A stretch of DNA of 64,000 nt. Origin: Trichoplax adhaerens. Lineage: Eukaryota > Animalia > Placozoa. Every line of letters starts with the position of its first letter. Within the stretch, counting starts at the first letter, position 1. A program made the translations under genes and the position numbers. The notes beneath the pieces were generated by a model, which was not told the DNA's origin, did not search any database, and saw only the letters and a list, made by a program, of their open reading frames with translations. Below are positions 60,723-64,000 of this stretch, one piece after another. The stretch lies in contig NW_002060954.1 in NCBI RefSeq assembly GCF_000150275.1, positions 1,612,001 through 1,676,000 of the forward strand. The letters run 5' to 3'.

Positions 60723-63700
60723 TTAAGACTTGCCATTTTTTGTAATGGTATAGTTATTCGATTGGCTTATAGAATGTAAATCGGTATAGCTTGATGATCG
60801 TGAAGTTATATTTTCAGGGTGTTGAACTCCTAGATAGTCATCAAAAATTTTAAAATATTAATTGATCTTTCTATCTACTAATGAAAATAATTTTTAAATT
60901 TTAGTTTTCATATGTATAACCTCTGGATCTGCCAAGTGAAGGGGAATTGATATTCTTTTTCGCTGAATTACTGCTGGTATATCGTTTCTGATTAAATTAG
61001 AAATAGAATATAGATGGAAGAGTGAGATATGAAAATAAATGGAATTATTATGCTAATGATAATCTAAATTCTAGAGTACCTATTAAGAATTGATTAATGT
61101 ATCATATGAGCCTTACCGAAGAACCACAGAATCTGAAGTTGCGGTTTCGAAGCGCTTCCATAATCTATCCGAAAGCAATGATGATGAATAATACTCTTGA
61201 TTCAATTTGATGTACTGTAGAAATACCTACGAATTAAAGTACTTTACCTGTTGGTCAAATATGCAGTGAAATACGAAAACAAAGACACCTTGGAAGCTTA
61301 GTAAGATTGTAAACAAATAACGTGGAATAGGATGTCTGAGTTGAACAAAGAAGATAAAAATCCAACAAATTCCAAGTAAAGGTAATAGCGCAAATGCTCG
61401 ACGAAGATCATTCCTGGTTTTGTAAATCAAATGCAATTTCAATATTAAGATGATGTTGATTCGTATGTACAGTATTATAGAAGAGATATTACATAATTTA
61501 TATTGTAAATGCGATAGGATTGTTATATAAGAAAATTGACTTACTTTAGAACTTGTCTTTTATTAAGCTCTTGATTAGAAACTTTATTAGTAAAGTTAGA
61601 TTTTTTATGGATAATATAAATGAGTATGCAAAAGATGACGACGTTGATCTAGTAATAATGAGATTATCATTAGAAAATGCAACTTTTAATTTGCAACAAT
61701 ATAATCATTCTAGATTTTTAATCTATTAAACAGATACTAAGGATAATACGTTATTGAACAAAAATATTAGACCCATGCATGCTTATATTACTCTAGCTTC
61801 CATATTCTAATTATAATCGTTTGTATTAGGACTAGGTATGCGTATAAAGTCAGAATCATATTGAATGTGTGTAAAGATTAAGTTGAATCACTTAGATAGC
61901 GTGTCAGTTATAATATTTTACAACTTGAAAGCAATTAAATTTCATGATTAATTAAACTTAGTAATCGCTATGACTTACTGTAACAACAAATGCCATTGGA
62001 CCCAAGAAGAACCAGATAAAATTACTTGTTAGGAAGCAACTAAAAAAATTGAAGATATCAGTACCAACCATTCCATATTAGCCAGAATGATAAATACAGA
62101 ATAAAAGTGTCCGTAAATGCTAATTCTATTCTACTTGTTACTTACGCATCGACACCACCATAAGCATGTGGTGCAACACCAGCAGTTATGCCAACAATAA
62201 CAGCAGGAACAACTATAAAATAGAAAACAATAATCATATTTTGCTCCAGCATATGACTATTGGTAAATTATTATAATCTCCAATAGAGAGTAACTATTAC
62301 TTTAAACGTCTCCGTTAAAACTATCATTAGTTCTAGTATACATACTCCATCCAATAACGGTGTAAATAACTATCCACAAACGCCCACTCTTGATAAATAT
62401 AGTTACCAATAAACGATATAAATGAACACCTTCCGCTAGCTGCCAAGTGAAAACTGCAGTGAATAGGTAATGTAGAATTACAGCAATAGCTGTGCAAGCA
62501 ACCTAAAAAAAAATCGTTTTATTATTAGTAAACGGAGGCGGTTAGTAACAATAATAAGCGATTATCATTTATATATATGGCAGTTAAACAATTATAGAGA
62601 TTATATCTTACATATAGATTAAAGCTATCACATTACTTTGTCAATTAGATATTTTAATAGCAACTTACATTATTAGCAACGTATCTCCTATCGGCGCCAA
62701 ATAGGAAAATTACATTGGAGGAGATGACTGCAGCAATGAGATTGCCATGGATATACCATTTCCTTGTTCTAGGCAATCTAAATGATTAATTTAAAGTTTT
62801 AAAAATGTCAATGTAATTCCTAAAAGTCTGCCCTTGGTCTTACTCTACTGAATATTAATCGATTAAACATTAAAGCTATTGTTCGATTAGAAGTGTACAC
62901 AATTACGGATAAAATTTGAATTACGCAGAATGATCGTATGGATGCATTGCAAATTCATTTTTACAATTTAATTTTCTATGTACCTTAAGAAGATCAGACA
63001 TGCCACCAACAACACCAAGCATACAGTGGAAAAGGATAATCCTACGATAGTGATGATGGACAAAATTGGAGCGTGAACATCAATTGGTTGACTAGGAGGA
63101 AAGCTGGTATTGGTAATATTGGTATTATTGCCGATATATGTGATATTTTCGGTTGGTGCTACAGTCTGTTAGATTATATTAAGAAATAGTAAATAAAAGA
63201 CAGGATTCATATGCTTGATATGGTTATCTGATTTTAATCCGTAAATATTCGTACCAGATTTTTAAAAGTCTGGCTTATATAGTATATTAATAATAATGAT
63301 TATTTTACAGCTATCATGATGGTATATATGGACACTTACATTTGAGCCAATACCGATAACATCAATACCTAAAACATTATATAAAATCGTATCATTGAGG
63401 AAGGCTGGTGGAACAACTGCGCCGACTACAACGCAGTTATAATTTATATTTTGGATTATTTCGTTATAGACAGAGGATGTATCATAGTTGACGTTGGTGA
63501 ATTCTTCTTGACTGCCTAATCTTTGGTTAACAAAGCTTGGGCTTTTCAAATTGCTTGCTAACTGGTAGAATAAAATGCGCAAATGGCGCCTTTGCACTTC
63601 CTTTGCATTCAAGCAATAGAATAAACGAAATAGATTCAAATTTGAGATTCGAGCGTAGTTATGATATATACGTATAGAGGGAACAAACTGTTGAAATTGT

Positions 63701-63953
63701 ATCTATAACAAATCTAATTGTTGGCAGGAAAGATTACAACTAGTATTTTTTGATATTTATAATGTAAATCAATGCTAATTTTTATTAGTTTTTAATTTTT
63801 TATGAAAATAAATATCCCGAGATGGTTGAAAGACAAGCAGTATCGTTCATTCTTAAAATGAATGCTATAAAATAATTTACTTACATCGATTCGGCATTCA
63901 GAATTTCCATTCAAGGTATTTATGATTAAAGCATTAGCAGTATTTAGTAGACA
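60723..63953 (-). CDS. Adhesion/secretin-class (7tm_2) GPCR, multi-exon, 5' end beyond the window
   Basis: TM1 ILSIITIVGLSFSTVCL; TM2 YIHGNLIAAV; TM3 ACTAIAVILHYLFTAVFTWQLAEGVHLY; TM4 IGWIVPAVIVGI; ECL2 YGGVDACFL; TM5 WFFLGPMAFVVTINVVIF; TM6 ALLPLLGICWIF; TM7 YLFTILLSFQGVFVFVFHC; stop TAA 60725-60723. Ectodomain exons 63953-63885, 63600-63340, 63165-62983. Confidence 0.9.
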
Positions 63954-64000
63954 CTAAATGCAAAATAAAAGTATTATAAGACGTTAATACGGAAATTCGA

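Noticed and set aside
62741-62754. X-box-like ATTGCCATGGATAT
   Set aside because: Lies inside the GPCR TM2 exon (YIHGNL) and is explained by coding constraint.

Overview
Eukaryotic, AT-rich, gene-dense animal DNA with many short (~70-300 nt) GT-AG introns. The gene set (HNF4, an adhesion-type GPCR, ciliary genes), intron sizes and ACAGT/ACTGT pentamer tracts at promoters suggest a placozoan (Trichoplax-like) genome; this is inference. Manual splicing gives, in order: a possible first exon of a minus-strand gene leaving the window; HEATR3 (+); MRPS17 (-); two decayed copine copies and an intact 15-exon copine (+); NUDT21/CFIm25 (-), whose N-terminal exons are missing next to an N at 20731; an SLC52 riboflavin transporter (-); a class II aldolase with a mitochondrial-type presequence (-), head-to-head with PNKP (+); HNF4 (+); DCAF11 (+); a C2orf81 homologue (+) tail-to-tail with ENKD1 (-); and a GPS-less adhesion-type 7TM receptor (-) running off the right edge. 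No tRNA, rRNA, CRISPR array or transposase was recognised. Best leads: an AT-AC (U12) intron in DCAF11; two copies of a 38-bp TC...hairpin...CTAG Helitron-end-like element; HNF4-type DR1 sites inside the HNF4 intron; RFX X-boxes upstream of both C2orf81 and ENKD1; a nested-hairpin MITE-like element upstream of HNF4; and copine pseudogenes sharing a stop at the same codon. I see no clearly novel multi-gene system. All homology calls are from recognition of the translated sequence, not from searches.
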